Below, in pieces: positions 38,670 to 49,457 of a stretch of 64,000 nt of DNA (position 1 is the stretch's first letter; each line of letters begins with the position of its first letter). The DNA comes from Spirochaetia bacterium. GTDB taxonomy: Bacteria; Spirochaetota; Spirochaetia; CAKZLE01. A program made the position numbers and the translations under genes. Under the pieces are notes generated by a model. It saw only the letters and a program-made list of their open reading frames with translations. It was not told where the DNA came from and made no database searches. Where the stretch lies: contig OY782041.1 of the NCBI GenBank assembly GCA_963677595.1, positions 960,001 to 1,024,000 of the forward strand, in the 5' to 3' direction.

Positions 38670-39641
38670 TTATTTCTTCTTTGCCGCGATAACAGCTTCT
38701 GCTGCCTCGACGATGTCCTTGTCGGTCATCTTCATGATCACCTGGAGCTCATCAGGCTGGGCAACCTCACCGAACCGGTTCGGTACACCGATCTTCTTCA
38801 TCGGGACCTGGCAGTACTCGTCACAGAGGACTTCCGCTACCGCACCGCCGAGTCCGCCGGTGATGGAGTGGTTCTCTGCCGTGACGATGGCACCGGTCTC
38901 GTTCGCGCACTTGACGATGGTCTCGACATCGATCGGCTTGATCGTGAAGATATCGACGACACGTGCGGAGATCCCTTTCGCTGCGAGCAGCTCAGCTGCC
39001 TTGAGGCAGTTGTTGAGCATGAGGCTTCCCTCTGCGATGAGGGTGACATCGCTTCCCTCGCGGATGACGTTCGCCTTGCCGAGCTCGAACTCTGAGTCAT
39101 CCTCGTAGACTTTGACGCTTGCCAGTCGTTCAGCACGGATGTAGTAGACGCCGAAGTTCTCGGCTGCGTTCCTGACTGCCCAGCGCATTGCGGCACTGTC
39201 CGCAGGCTCCATGATGACGGCATCGACCATTGGCCGTACCAGCGCGATATCTTCGAGTGCATGGTGTGTCCCGCCGTTCTCCCCGGATGAGATCCCGGGA
39301 GCCGAGGCGATGATCTTCACGTTGTTCTGCCCGTATGCACAGGAGATGTAGTTCTGGTCGCACATCCTTCGTGAAGCGAATACCGCGAAGGTGTGGCAGA
39401 ACGGGATCATTCCGACTGCTGAGAGTCCTGCGGAGATACTCGAGAGTGACTGCTCCGCAACCCCGATATTGACATACCTCTCCGGGAACTCCGCCTGGAA
39501 GTTCGGCCCGAAGATACAGTTACCAAGGTCTGCCTCGACATCGACGATGTTCGGGTTCTCTTTAGCTGATGCGATGAGCTGCTCGTTGTAAGCCAGGGTC
39601 AGCGCTATATCGTTATAGTTCTCTTTTACTAGTTTTACCAT
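38670..39641 (-). CDS. Transketolase, C-terminal subunit
   Basis: GVAEQ, ENGGTH, TIKPID, AENHS..GGLG. Confidence 0.92.
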   Translation of the reverse strand: MVKLVKENYNDIALTLAYNEQLIASAKENPNIVDVEADLGNCIFGPNFQAEFPERYVNIGVAEQSLSSISAGLSAVGMIPFCHTFAVFASRRMCDQNYISCAYGQNNVKIIASAPGISSGENGGTHHALEDIALVRPMVDAVIMEPADSAAMRWAVRNAAENFGVYYIRAERLASVKVYEDDSEFELGKANVIREGSDVTLIAEGSLMLNNCLKAAELLAAKGISARVVDIFTIKPIDVETIVKCANETGAIVTAENHSITGGLGGAVAEVLCDEYCQVPMKKIGVPNRFGEVAQPDELQVIMKMTDKDIVEAAEAVIAAKKK

Positions 39642-39666
39642 AATGCAAATCTCCTTCTATATTCTC

Positions 39667-40494
39667 TTACGCAAGGGCTTCAAGTTCTTTACGAAGATCC
39701 GCAATGACCTCGTCCGCACCGTCGAATGCCACGCCTCTGCAGGCATGATTCCCGAGGACCGCCTCTTTTGCAGGCCATCCCTTACCCTTGATCGTGTTCA
39801 GGTTGATGAACCCGGGTTTGTCCGATGCCTTGCATCGCTCGATGGCTGCATCGATCGCGTCCACATCGTGACCGTCGACATCTTCCACGTGCCAGCCGAA
39901 CGCCTCGACCTTCTTGCATACATCGCCGATACTGTTGATGTTGTCAACGAACTCGTCAAGCTGCTGCTTGTTATTGTCCATCAGGACAATGAAGTTCTTC
40001 ACACCCTTGTTCGGTGCGATCATCATCGTCTCCCAGACCTGGCCTTCCTGTGCCTCACCGTCACCGATGATGGAGTAGACCATGTTCTCCTTGCCGGCGA
40101 TCTTCAGGCCGATCGCCATACCCAGGGCACAGGATACTCCCTGCCCGAGGGAACCGGTCGTCATGTCGATCCCGGGTGTCTTGTTCTTGTCAGCATGGCT
40201 CGGCAGCCGTGTCCCGAGCTTGTTGATCGTGAGCAGTTCCTCTCTCGGGAAGAACCCCTGAATTGCGAGCGCCGAGTAGAGCGCCGGTCCGCAGTGACCT
40301 TTTGAGAGTACGAAATAATCCCTCTCATCCCACTTGGGGTTCTTGGGATCATACTTCATCTGCTTCCCGTAGAGGACCGCGATCGCGTCCGCTACGGAGA
40401 GAGAGCCTCCGATATGACCGAAACCATGCTTAGCCATCATGTTTACCGTCTCGATTCGAATTTCAAGCGCTAACTTCTTAGGATCGTCCACCAT
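39667..40494 (-). CDS. Transketolase, N-terminal subunit
   Basis: GH.GGSLS, LSKGH, TGSLGQG, GDGE..EG TPP motif. Confidence 0.93.
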   Translation of the reverse strand: MVDDPKKLALEIRIETVNMMAKHGFGHIGGSLSVADAIAVLYGKQMKYDPKNPKWDERDYFVLSKGHCGPALYSALAIQGFFPREELLTINKLGTRLPSHADKNKTPGIDMTTGSLGQGVSCALGMAIGLKIAGKENMVYSIIGDGEAQEGQVWETMMIAPNKGVKNFIVLMDNNKQQLDEFVDNINSIGDVCKKVEAFGWHVEDVDGHDVDAIDAAIERCKASDKPGFINLNTIKGKGWPAKEAVLGNHACRGVAFDGADEVIADLRKELEALA

Positions 40495-40542
40495 ATGTGC
40501 CTCCGTTAATAAATATCAATTCTTTTGCCTGGTAAGGCAGTT

Positions 40543-41616
40543 CTACTCCTCGATGTCTCCATGAGGATGGATGATGACCTTCAAGGTAGACTTGTCGGTC
40601 TTGTTTGTATCGAGTGCAGTGAAGTAGTCATCCAGGTCGAACGTATGGGTGATCAGGAACTTCACGTTGCATTTCCCGCTCTGCATGAACTCGATCGCCC
40701 GCGGGAAGTTGTTCACCTGGCAGCTGACCCCGACATAGCTCTGGTTGTTGTAGTGTATCTCGTTGAGGAACTTCGCCTGGTTCTCGATCTGGATCTGTGA
40801 GTGGTAGCTGCCGTACTGGATGAACCGTCCGCCCTTGCGGAGGTACTTCATCAGGCTGCTGACCATTGACCATGCCCCGGAGGTATCGATGATCAGGTCG
40901 ATCCCATCGGGAAAGAGCTCATCAAGCACCTTCTCATGCACGGAGGGGTCATTCCGTTCTGCAAGGATGGTCGATACCCCGTAGCTCTCAAGGGTGTCGA
41001 GCCGTGACTGCACGAGCCCGATCGCCACAGACTTCTGGGCATTGGAGTGGTGGCAGAGCTGCGCCATGATGAGCCCATGAGGGCCCATGCCGCTGACTAC
41101 CACGTTCTCCCCCGGCTGGATCTGTGCCCGGTCGAGCGCCTCCACCGCGCAGGCTACCGGTTCTGCGACCGTAGCCTCGTCGTATGAGAGGTGGTCGGGG
41201 ATCTTCACGACATTACGTGCGATGATGTTCATGTACTGGGCGAACCCGCCGTTCTTGTTATGTCCGTGGGACCCGAAATGCTCACAGTAGAGCGGCTGGC
41301 CGTTCCTGCAGTACCAGCACTCCCCGCAGGGGACTGCATTGTCCGCTGTTACCCGGTCGCCGGGCTTGAAGGCAGTGACGTTCTTACCGACTTCCTCGAT
41401 GACTCCGGCGAACTCATGGCCGGTGATCACCGGGTACTTCGCCAGGGAACCGCCGCCCCCGATCGTGTCATGGTTGATCTCCGCCCACTTGCAGATTCCG
41501 CAGGCCATGATCTTGATGATCACCTCATCGTCCCCGCAGGTTGGGTACGGAACCATCTTTATACTCGCGTTCGGGCGTCCTGCACCTTCATGCACGAGTG
41601 CTTTCATTGTACGCAT
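40543..41616 (-). CDS. Zn-dependent alcohol/polyol dehydrogenase
   Basis: CGIC, GHE, C..C..C structural Zn; RBS-supported ATG at 41616. Confidence 0.9.
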   Translation of the reverse strand: MRTMKALVHEGAGRPNASIKMVPYPTCGDDEVIIKIMACGICKWAEINHDTIGGGGSLAKYPVITGHEFAGVIEEVGKNVTAFKPGDRVTADNAVPCGECWYCRNGQPLYCEHFGSHGHNKNGGFAQYMNIIARNVVKIPDHLSYDEATVAEPVACAVEALDRAQIQPGENVVVSGMGPHGLIMAQLCHHSNAQKSVAIGLVQSRLDTLESYGVSTILAERNDPSVHEKVLDELFPDGIDLIIDTSGAWSMVSSLMKYLRKGGRFIQYGSYHSQIQIENQAKFLNEIHYNNQSYVGVSCQVNNFPRAIEFMQSGKCNVKFLITHTFDLDDYFTALDTNKTDKSTLKVIIHPHGDIEE

Positions 41617-41741
41617 GTAATGCCACCTCTCTTTAGTATGTAAATAATAAACTGCTGATTGTTCTTTTGTCAACCTAATATGATACATTTCTAATCATAA
41701 CTAGTTTATTTATTATCATTAGTGATCTAAACCATGCCCGG

Positions 41742-42221
41742 TCAAGACTCCGAATGTGCTTTCACCTCGTCGACGTTCACGACCTCCATGTCGAAGCCGA
41801 GCTGGCTGTCCGTGTCGAAATAGGCCCAGACCAGGCCGGGTGTGTAGCGGTTCGAGAGTCCGTGCTGGACGAGCTCGACCCCGTTGGAGGCCATCTGCTC
41901 CTTAGCTTCGGCCATGTTGTCCACCGGGAACCCGATATGATGTACCCCGGGGCCGTGTTTTTCCATATGGGTCTTCCAGACCGATTCACCCTCGCTCTTG
42001 TCCTGGATGAACTCGAGGTCGATGTTCTCGAAATGGTAGATGCACAGGGTGTTGTTGAAGTTGCCCGGCTCATCCCGGTAGACCCCGCCGTCCCTCCTGA
42101 TATTCTCCAGCAGCACATCGGGCTCCATGCCGAAAAGCCGCTTCATCGTCTCCATCGTCTCCTTCAGGTCCTTGACGACCACGCCTACCTGGTCGATCTT
42201 GCCGAACTTGTTCTTCTTCAC
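41742..42221 (-). CDS. VOC/glyoxalase family protein (methylmalonyl-CoA epimerase-like)
   Basis: QVGVVV.D, LE.IQ, G.GVHHIG, E. Confidence 0.85.
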   Translation of the reverse strand: MKKNKFGKIDQVGVVVKDLKETMETMKRLFGMEPDVLLENIRRDGGVYRDEPGNFNNTLCIYHFENIDLEFIQDKSEGESVWKTHMEKHGPGVHHIGFPVDNMAEAKEQMASNGVELVQHGLSNRYTPGLVWAYFDTDSQLGFDMEVVNVDEVKAHSES

Positions 42222-43249
42222 AGCTGTCCTCCTTCCAATGGGATTTCTCTATCTTTGACAGCTTCATACTGTCTCCTGATCAATTCATAGGGGACGAGCC
42301 CGTAGGGGCATCTCGGCACGCAGGTCCCGCACTCGGTGCAGGTCGGGATCTTCTCCATGGCGAGCACCCACTGCTGCTGCATGTAGTCGTCGAAGACCAT
42401 CCTGCGCAGGAAGCTCTCCATCCTGCCCCCGAAGGAGATGTTGATCCCTTCAGGACAGGGCATGCAGTAACCGCAGCCCCGGCAAAAATCGCCGCCGAGC
42501 GATGCCCGCTCCCGCAGCACAGCCTCAGCCATCGTCTTATCATAGTCGGGGCAGTCAGAGTCCAGGGCTAGGATCTCATCGAGTTCCCACTCCTTTTCGA
42601 ATCCCCAGATCGGGACGACGTTCCCAAAGCTGTAGAGGTAGGAGAAGTTCGCCGCGATGTTCCGGATCAGCCCGCCGCTCAGCGCCTTCATGGCGATGAA
42701 CCCGACATCCTCCTGCCGGCAGAGTTCCACCAGTTCCACATCCTGCTCACCCGAGAGCGAGGAGAAGGGGAACTGCACCGTCTCATAGAACCCGGAGGCT
42801 GCCGCCTCCTTCGCGTTCTTCAGGCTGTGGTTCGTGATCCCGATATGGCCGATGAGGCCTTTTTGCTTTGCGTCATACATGGCGTCATACAGCCCGTCTT
42901 CCCCGCCGGGAAGCGGTACGAAGGGGGGATTGTGGAGCTGGAAGAGGTCGATATGGTCGGTCCCGAGTTCCTTCAGGCTCTCCTCGAGGTCACGGGTCAG
43001 CTCCTCACCCGTCGAGGACATGGACTTGGTCGCGATGACGACCTCATCGAGTACATCCTTCAGGGCGATCCCGACCTTCTGTTCGCTGTCGGTATAGAGC
43101 CGTGCAGTATCGAAGAAGTTGATCCCGTGCTCATGTGCCCGCCTGAGCAGTGAGACCGCCTCAGCGGTGCTCCTCCTCTGGATCGGCAGGCAGCCGAACG
43201 AGGAGCGGCTCACCATGAGACCGCTCTTCCCGAGACGTACCCTCTCCAT
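42218..43249 (-). CDS. Aldo/keto reductase with C-terminal Fe-S domain
   Basis: FFDTA..Y, IATK, DL.QLH; CRGCGYCMPC and CTECGTC...CP. Confidence 0.92.
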   Translation of the reverse strand: MERVRLGKSGLMVSRSSFGCLPIQRRSTAEAVSLLRRAHEHGINFFDTARLYTDSEQKVGIALKDVLDEVVIATKSMSSTGEELTRDLEESLKELGTDHIDLFQLHNPPFVPLPGGEDGLYDAMYDAKQKGLIGHIGITNHSLKNAKEAAASGFYETVQFPFSSLSGEQDVELVELCRQEDVGFIAMKALSGGLIRNIAANFSYLYSFGNVVPIWGFEKEWELDEILALDSDCPDYDKTMAEAVLRERASLGGDFCRGCGYCMPCPEGINISFGGRMESFLRRMVFDDYMQQQWVLAMEKIPTCTECGTCVPRCPYGLVPYELIRRQYEAVKDREIPLEGGQL

Positions 43250-43254
43250 GACCT

Positions 43255-44073
43255 CTACCCGAATACCCTTCGCATGGTCGCGAGGTCCTGCTTCGCGAGG
43301 TCAGCAGGCTCCCCCTTCTGGTTGAAGGGTTCGAGGGCATAGTAGTTCTCGCTGACGAACCAGCCGGTATAATCGGTGCCCTTGATGAGCTCAGCCGTCT
43401 TGTGGAAATCCCCCATCCCCTCCCCGAAGAAGGTGCAGCCCACATTGTCGAAAGGGGCATCCTTGAGGTGGTAATGGTCGATCACCCCGGCAAGCGGGAG
43501 GATCTCGTCCAGGGGACTTGCTGTCCCGAACCTGATCGGGTTGTAGATGTCATAGCAGACCTTCAGTCCCTCGCCCGCGATATCGATCATCCGCAGGATC
43601 TCCTCCACGGTGAGGATACTCTCGAAGACGATCGAGACCCCGTGGTCGGCACCGACCTTGCAGGCCCTCTTGAACATCTCGGCGGTATTGAGGAACTCCG
43701 CCTCGTTCTCTATCTGGCAGGCCATGCCGGAGGTGAGAAAGAGCTCGGGGATCTTCATGGCCGCACAGGCCGAGATCCCCTTCATGATGCTGTTCCAGCC
43801 CGCCTCCCCTTCCGAGGTGGAGAAGGGGTACTTCATCGTCCCTTCCCGCACGAGGGTGTAGAGGTGAAGGCCCTGGTATGCGATCCCGTACCGTTCTGCC
43901 GCCTCGATATACTGCTGCTGCACGGAGGCACGGTTGAGGGGGAAGGACTCTTTCGCCCCGCCTGCATCACCGAGCTGGATCCCGTCAAAACCGACCCCAG
44001 CTGCGAACTGCACGGCATCCACGCCGGAAGCCGGCAGGACCCATTCACATACCCCGTATCTGTTCTTTCCCAT
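43255..44073 (-). CDS. Sugar phosphate isomerase/epimerase (xylose-isomerase-like TIM barrel)
   Basis: E, D..N, H.KD, E metal ligands. Confidence 0.85.
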   Translation of the reverse strand: MGKNRYGVCEWVLPASGVDAVQFAAGVGFDGIQLGDAGGAKESFPLNRASVQQQYIEAAERYGIAYQGLHLYTLVREGTMKYPFSTSEGEAGWNSIMKGISACAAMKIPELFLTSGMACQIENEAEFLNTAEMFKRACKVGADHGVSIVFESILTVEEILRMIDIAGEGLKVCYDIYNPIRFGTASPLDEILPLAGVIDHYHLKDAPFDNVGCTFFGEGMGDFHKTAELIKGTDYTGWFVSENYYALEPFNQKGEPADLAKQDLATMRRVFG

Positions 44074-44179
44074 AATCTTTCTCTCTTTATTTCTTCACCG
44101 GCCAGGCAGAGGATGATACGGCGATCCTCCCGGATCGCCGCTGCCTTCTGCCCCTGGTCCTCTAGTGATCCGGACCTGG

Positions 44180-45217
44180 TCAGTCTATCTCGATGATCGT
44201 CTTGATGTTGTTCTGCTTGTCCGCGATGGTGTCGTCATACGCCTGCTGGGACTGGTCGAACGGATAGACCTTGGTCACGATGCTCTTGATGTCGATCCTG
44301 CCTGAAGCTACCGACTCGATCGCTGCAGGGAAGATGTTCCGGTAACGGAAGACCGTCTTGATCTGTGCTTCCTTGATGTAGAGGTTCCGGAAGCTGTAAG
44401 GGACTTCATCAAAGAGATTCCCCACGATGACTACCGTACCGCCCCGCCCTACCAGATGGCTGGTCTGAGCATAGGTGATCTTGTTGCCGGCTGTCTCGAA
44501 GACCTGGTTGGTCCCCTTCCCGTCGGTCAGCTCCATGGCCTTCTTGATCGTATCGTCCTTCAGCGGGTTGATGACATAGTCGGCACCGATCTTCAGGGCA
44601 AGCTCGAGCCTGCTCTCGACCAGGTCGGCAACGATGGCCTTCGAGGCCCCCCAGGCTTTCGCTGCCAGCAGGGTCGCAAGGCCGATACAGCCGCCGCCGA
44701 GTACGGTGATGGAGTCGCCCATCGATACCTCTCCCTGCTTCACGGCATGGATACCCACAGCCAGGGGTTCGATCAGTGCTCCCTCGAGGGTGGACATCCC
44801 CTCAGGCAGCTTGAATGCCATGTAGGCAGGATAGCTCATGTACTTCCGCATAGCTCCGTCATAGGGTGGTACTGCCATGAACTGCACATCCGGGCAGAGG
44901 TTGTAGCGCCCGGAGAGACAGTACTCGCACTTCCCGCAGGGAAGGCCCGGTTCGAGTGCCACGGTATCACCGACAGCAAGATGCTTCACATTCTTCCCGA
45001 CCTCGTAGACCACCCCGGCACACTCGTGCCCGAGGATCAGCGGGAGCTTGGTCTCTCGGGTGGGGATCCCGCCCAGCTCGAAGAGATGCGCATCGGAACC
45101 GCAGATCCCGACATGCTTCATCTGTACCCCGACCTCATCATCCCCGACGGTCGGCATGGGGATCTCCTGTATCTCGAACTGCTTGGCTTTTACCATGAAT
45201 ACGGCTTTGTTCTTCAT
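44180..45217 (-). CDS. NAD(P)-dependent polyol (sorbitol/xylitol-type) dehydrogenase
   Basis: GICGSD.H, GHE, EPG..C..C..C, EPLAVG, GGGCIG, FRY. Confidence 0.92.
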   Translation of the reverse strand: MKNKAVFMVKAKQFEIQEIPMPTVGDDEVGVQMKHVGICGSDAHLFELGGIPTRETKLPLILGHECAGVVYEVGKNVKHLAVGDTVALEPGLPCGKCEYCLSGRYNLCPDVQFMAVPPYDGAMRKYMSYPAYMAFKLPEGMSTLEGALIEPLAVGIHAVKQGEVSMGDSITVLGGGCIGLATLLAAKAWGASKAIVADLVESRLELALKIGADYVINPLKDDTIKKAMELTDGKGTNQVFETAGNKITYAQTSHLVGRGGTVVIVGNLFDEVPYSFRNLYIKEAQIKTVFRYRNIFPAAIESVASGRIDIKSIVTKVYPFDQSQQAYDDTIADKQNNIKTIIEID

Positions 45218-45597
45218 AATCTGTCTGAACCTCGAATATTGGAATGGAATTGTCTAATAAGCATAATACACAATCATTTACCTGTCAATTATATTGTTGT
45301 TTTAGTTCGTACTATGATTGTTTATGATCATTATCTGTTTGCAAATCAGAGAACCAAGGGAGGAGATTCGCTCCGTTAAGACGGGGAACAGGGAGGCATG
45401 AGTGGCAGAATCGTTGGTGCCCAGCAGGAGGACCAAATGTTCTTTTTGAAAGAAGATATCAGAACATTCTTATTTTTCTAGTAAAAACCAAGATAATATG
45501 CTATATTATAGCCAGGTATGTGTTCATTTTGTACTTTTTGTTCTTATTCAGTCATGCCAATACCTGATCACCTATCCATAAGATAAAGGAACTGACT

Positions 45598-46377
45598 ATG
45601 CAGATAAGTACCATCGCCTCCAACCGGCATGTGAAGATCCTAGATATCCTCTCGAAAGAGGGAAAGGTACGGGTAGATACGCTCAGCGACCTCTTCGATG
45701 TCGCCCCGATCACGATCAGGCGGGACCTGGACTACCTTGACAGCCAGAAACTCCTGATCAGGACCCACGGGGGTGCGACACGGATCGATGCAGGTCCCAC
45801 CATCATCCCGGAGGAGAACTTCTCCGAGAAGGGGATCTCCCATACCTTCGAGAAGCAGCGGATCGCGCAGAAGGCTGCGGAACTGATCGAGGATGATGCC
45901 ATTCTCTATGTGAACAGCGGTTCTACCGTCCTTTACTTCATCCAGGCCCTGAAGGACAAGCATATCAGGATCATCACCAACAATGCTGGTGCGATCGGGA
46001 TCAAGAAGGACCCGTCCATCGAGATGGTCATGCTCGGGGGCGAATACCGGGAGAAATCGAGATCGTTCATCGGGATCATCACGATCGAGAACATCCAGAA
46101 GATAAACAGCACCCATACCGTGCTCGGCATCAACGGGTTCAGCCTGGAGCGGGGACTCATGACATCAGTCCTGCAGGAATGCACCGTTAACCAGGCAATG
46201 ATCCAGAACACGAACGGGAATGTGATCGTCCTTGCGGATCACTCGAAAATCGGCAAGGTCTCCAACTTTGCCACCGCGACCCTCGACAAGGTCGACATCC
46301 TCGTTACAGATGATCAAGCCCCCAAAGAGATCATAGCTGAACTCGAGAAAGCAGGGATCACGGTGATCATTGCGTAA
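45598..46377 (+). CDS. DeoR/GlpR family transcriptional regulator (UlaR-like role inferred)
   Basis: TIRRDL, RTHGGA, SGST, ADHSK. Confidence 0.93.
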   Translation: MQISTIASNRHVKILDILSKEGKVRVDTLSDLFDVAPITIRRDLDYLDSQKLLIRTHGGATRIDAGPTIIPEENFSEKGISHTFEKQRIAQKAAELIEDDAILYVNSGSTVLYFIQALKDKHIRIITNNAGAIGIKKDPSIEMVMLGGEYREKSRSFIGIITIENIQKINSTHTVLGINGFSLERGLMTSVLQECTVNQAMIQNTNGNVIVLADHSKIGKVSNFATATLDKVDILVTDDQAPKEIIAELEKAGITVIIA

Positions 46378-46382
46378 TATGA

Positions 46383-47861
46383 TCACAATCCCTTGATCGC
46401 GGCATACAGTCTTTTCTTCTTTTCCTTCAGGTCACTGAAAACCTTCACCCCTTCAGGTCCCGGCTGATACGTCCTGCTCTTCGTATAGCCTGCATACCGC
46501 GAAAAAGCTGCTTCATAGGAACCATACAGCCCAATCGTCACTGCCGTGCTCATCCAGGCACCCACGGCGGTCGCCTCCAGGTTGTCATACCTGGTCACGG
46601 GCATGCTGAACCCGTCAGCCTGCATCTGGTTGTAGAGATCGAACCGGGTCATCCCGCCGGCAACACTCACGGTCTCTACAGGTATCCCGAGTTCATCGAT
46701 CAGGTCGATGTTCTCAGCAGTCTCAACGACGATACCCTCGAGAATCGACCTCGCAATATCACCCCGCTTCGTTGCCAGGCTAAGCCCGAAGAATACACCT
46801 TTCGCACCGGGGTCCCAGTAGGGGGCACCCCGCCCTGTCGGGTGCGGCAGGCAAACCACTCCATGCGATCCGGGGACCGAGTCCATGATCTCACGGTCGA
46901 TCCTCCTGAAGACCGGCTCCCCCTCGGGGAGCTCCTCATAGAGTTCCTCACTGAGCCACCGGTAGATGGTCCCCGAGGCAAGGGTTCCTGCCTCGATGAT
47001 ATACCTGCCGGGGATCGCCCCGACATTGCAGAAGAGACGCTTGTCCTCATCGATGACCGGATTGTCGCTGCAGGCGATCACATAGGATCCGGTCCCGGTA
47101 TTCACCACGATGTTCCCGGGGGCGATGAGGCCGAGTCCAAGAGCAGCGCACTGCTGGTCGCCACCGGCAGAGATCACCGGTATCGTATCACTGGAGTTAA
47201 GCATGTCCAAATATGGCCTTGTCAAGGCCCCGCAGATACTGCCGGGGGCAACGAGGTCGCAAAGGTGTCCCCTGTCGACCTCGAAGACCGAGAGGAGTTC
47301 CTCATCCCAGTCGAGAGTCTCGAGGTTGAAGAGGTTGGTACGGCTTGCCAGGGAGTGGTCGGTGACGAACCTCCCGGTCAGCAGGTAGATGATGTAGTCC
47401 TGCACCCCGATGTACTTATGGGCTTGCGCATGCAGCTCAGGCCTGTTCCGTCTGAACCAGAGCATCTTGACCCCGGAGAAGACCGAGGTGATCTTGAGCC
47501 CTGATTTCCTGAAGACCGTATCATCATGATGTAGTAGCTCCTCGCAGAGCGCATCGGTACGTTTGTCCTGCCACATGATCGCAGATGCCAGCGGAGTCCC
47601 GTCCTCAGAGACCGGGAATACCGGCGAACGGAAGGCCGTGACGCCGATGCCCAGGATATGGATCTCAGGTCCTCCTGCGATCTCCGTGAGTATCTCAGTC
47701 AGGGCGTCCTTCCAGATGAGCGGATCCTGTTCGACCCGGCCTTGCTCACGGAAAGAGGGGCAGGTATGGCGCTGGGAGATCGTGATCATCTCCCCGGAAG
47801 GGGAGAAGAGCACGCCCCGCATGCTGGTGGTCCCTATGTCGAGAGAAAGAATAGCCTCCAT
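46383..47861 (-). CDS. FGGY-family carbohydrate kinase
   Basis: DIGTTS, WQDKR, GGDQQ, GTG, GGM. Confidence 0.92.
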   Translation of the reverse strand: MEAILSLDIGTTSMRGVLFSPSGEMITISQRHTCPSFREQGRVEQDPLIWKDALTEILTEIAGGPEIHILGIGVTAFRSPVFPVSEDGTPLASAIMWQDKRTDALCEELLHHDDTVFRKSGLKITSVFSGVKMLWFRRNRPELHAQAHKYIGVQDYIIYLLTGRFVTDHSLASRTNLFNLETLDWDEELLSVFEVDRGHLCDLVAPGSICGALTRPYLDMLNSSDTIPVISAGGDQQCAALGLGLIAPGNIVVNTGTGSYVIACSDNPVIDEDKRLFCNVGAIPGRYIIEAGTLASGTIYRWLSEELYEELPEGEPVFRRIDREIMDSVPGSHGVVCLPHPTGRGAPYWDPGAKGVFFGLSLATKRGDIARSILEGIVVETAENIDLIDELGIPVETVSVAGGMTRFDLYNQMQADGFSMPVTRYDNLEATAVGAWMSTAVTIGLYGSYEAAFSRYAGYTKSRTYQPGPEGVKVFSDLKEKKKRLYAAIKGL

Positions 47862-47875
47862 ACATCCCCTCTTAT

Positions 47876-48580
47876 TCACTTCTGTCCGTAATAGGCATCC
47901 TTACCGTGCTTGCGCAGGTAGTGCTTGTCAAGCATGGCTGACGGGATGCTCTCATGCCCAGGGGAAAGCAGCATGGTCTGGTAGGCCATGGCCGCAAGCT
48001 CCTCCATGACGACCGCGTTATGGACCGCATCCTCCGGGCTCTTCCCCCAGGTGAACGGGCCGTGACAGGCGACTACCACACCGGGCATCGCTGCCGGGTC
48101 GATTCCAAGTCCCCTGAACGTCTCGCTGATGACCTCACCGGTATTCACCTCATAGGCAGACTCGATCTCATCACGGGTCAGTCTCCTGGTGCAGGGGATA
48201 TCCCCGTAGAAATAGTCGGCATGGGTCGTCCCGAATGCCGGGATGTCCATCTCGGCTTGTGCCCAGGTCGTCGCCATCCTCGAATGGGTATGGACGATAC
48301 CCCGGCACTCCGGGAAGTCCCGGTAGAGCACGAGGTGCGTGGCAAGATCCGAGCTTGGCCTGTACGACCCTTCTAGCGTGATCCCGTCCATGTCAACGAT
48401 GACCAGGTCATCTATGCCCATTGTATCATAGGAAACCCCGCTCGGCTTGATTATTACCCTGGTCCTGTCTTCGGTGATCCCGCTGACATTCCCCCAGGTA
48501 TAGGTCACCAGGCCCTTTCTCGGGAGTTCGAGGTTAGCCTCCAGCACCCGTTCCTTCAATGCTTTCAATTCTTCTTTCAT
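47876..48580 (-). CDS. araD: L-ribulose-5-phosphate 4-epimerase (UlaF/AraD)
   Basis: [31 protein letters not shown]. Confidence 0.95.
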   Translation of the reverse strand: MKEELKALKERVLEANLELPRKGLVTYTWGNVSGITEDRTRVIIKPSGVSYDTMGIDDLVIVDMDGITLEGSYRPSSDLATHLVLYRDFPECRGIVHTHSRMATTWAQAEMDIPAFGTTHADYFYGDIPCTRRLTRDEIESAYEVNTGEVISETFRGLGIDPAAMPGVVVACHGPFTWGKSPEDAVHNAVVMEELAAMAYQTMLLSPGHESIPSAMLDKHYLRKHGKDAYYGQK

Positions 48581-49455
48581 TCCAGATACCCGCCTTCTCT
48601 CATCTGCTCAAGCATCCACTCCCGGGCCTCACGTACAGCCGCCTCGGGATCGTCACTCTTCTCGGTCCACATCTCGATCAGGAAGGGACCGCGGTATTCC
48701 AGCTCCCTCAACAATGAGAAGACGCCGGGGAAATCGACGCAGCCGGCCCCGAACGGGACCTCCTTGAACTTCCCTGGGTACTCATCGGTGACTGCGAGGG
48801 TATCCTTGAGGTGGATGGCGGTGATCTGGTTACTACCCTTACGGAGTTCCGCCTCCACGTCATTGCCCCAGGCAGTCAGGTTCCCGACATCGGGATAGAC
48901 GGTGAACCAGGGGGAAGGGAGCTCTTCTTTATAGGTGAGATACCGGGTAATGGAGCTCATGAGGGGAGTGTCCATGATCTCCATGGCGAGCATTACCTGC
49001 TCCCGCGCAGCATACGACACGGCTTCAGCCAAGCCTTCTCTGAACCACTGGAGGGTCTGCTCGTCACTCTCCTCATAATAGACATCATAGCCTGCGAGCT
49101 GGATCACCCGCACACCGAGATCTACCGCGAGATCCACGGCCTTCCGCATGATCTCCCGTCCCTTCGCTCGTATTTCGGGATCATGGGAACCGAGCGGGAA
49201 CCGCCGGTGCCCGCTCAGGCAGATCGACGGGATCCGGATGTCGTGTGCATACATGGACGAGACGCAGGAGAGGCGCTCTTCCCTGCTCCAATCGAGCCTG
49301 GCAAGCCGTTCATCGGTCTCATCGACCGACATCTCCACGAAGTCGTACCCGCACCGTCTTGCCAGGGAGAAACGTTCATCCCAGGAGAGTCCCTTCAGCA
49401 GGGCCTTCTCATAGATACCGAGCTTGAGTTCATGTTCTGTAAGAGACTTCATCAT
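48577..49455 (-). CDS. ulaE: L-xylulose-5-phosphate / L-ribulose-5-phosphate 3-epimerase
   Basis: [33 protein letters not shown]. Confidence 0.95.
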   Translation of the reverse strand: MMKSLTEHELKLGIYEKALLKGLSWDERFSLARRCGYDFVEMSVDETDERLARLDWSREERLSCVSSMYAHDIRIPSICLSGHRRFPLGSHDPEIRAKGREIMRKAVDLAVDLGVRVIQLAGYDVYYEESDEQTLQWFREGLAEAVSYAAREQVMLAMEIMDTPLMSSITRYLTYKEELPSPWFTVYPDVGNLTAWGNDVEAELRKGSNQITAIHLKDTLAVTDEYPGKFKEVPFGAGCVDFPGVFSLLRELEYRGPFLIEMWTEKSDDPEAAVREAREWMLEQMREGGYLE

Positions 49456-49457
49456 CC

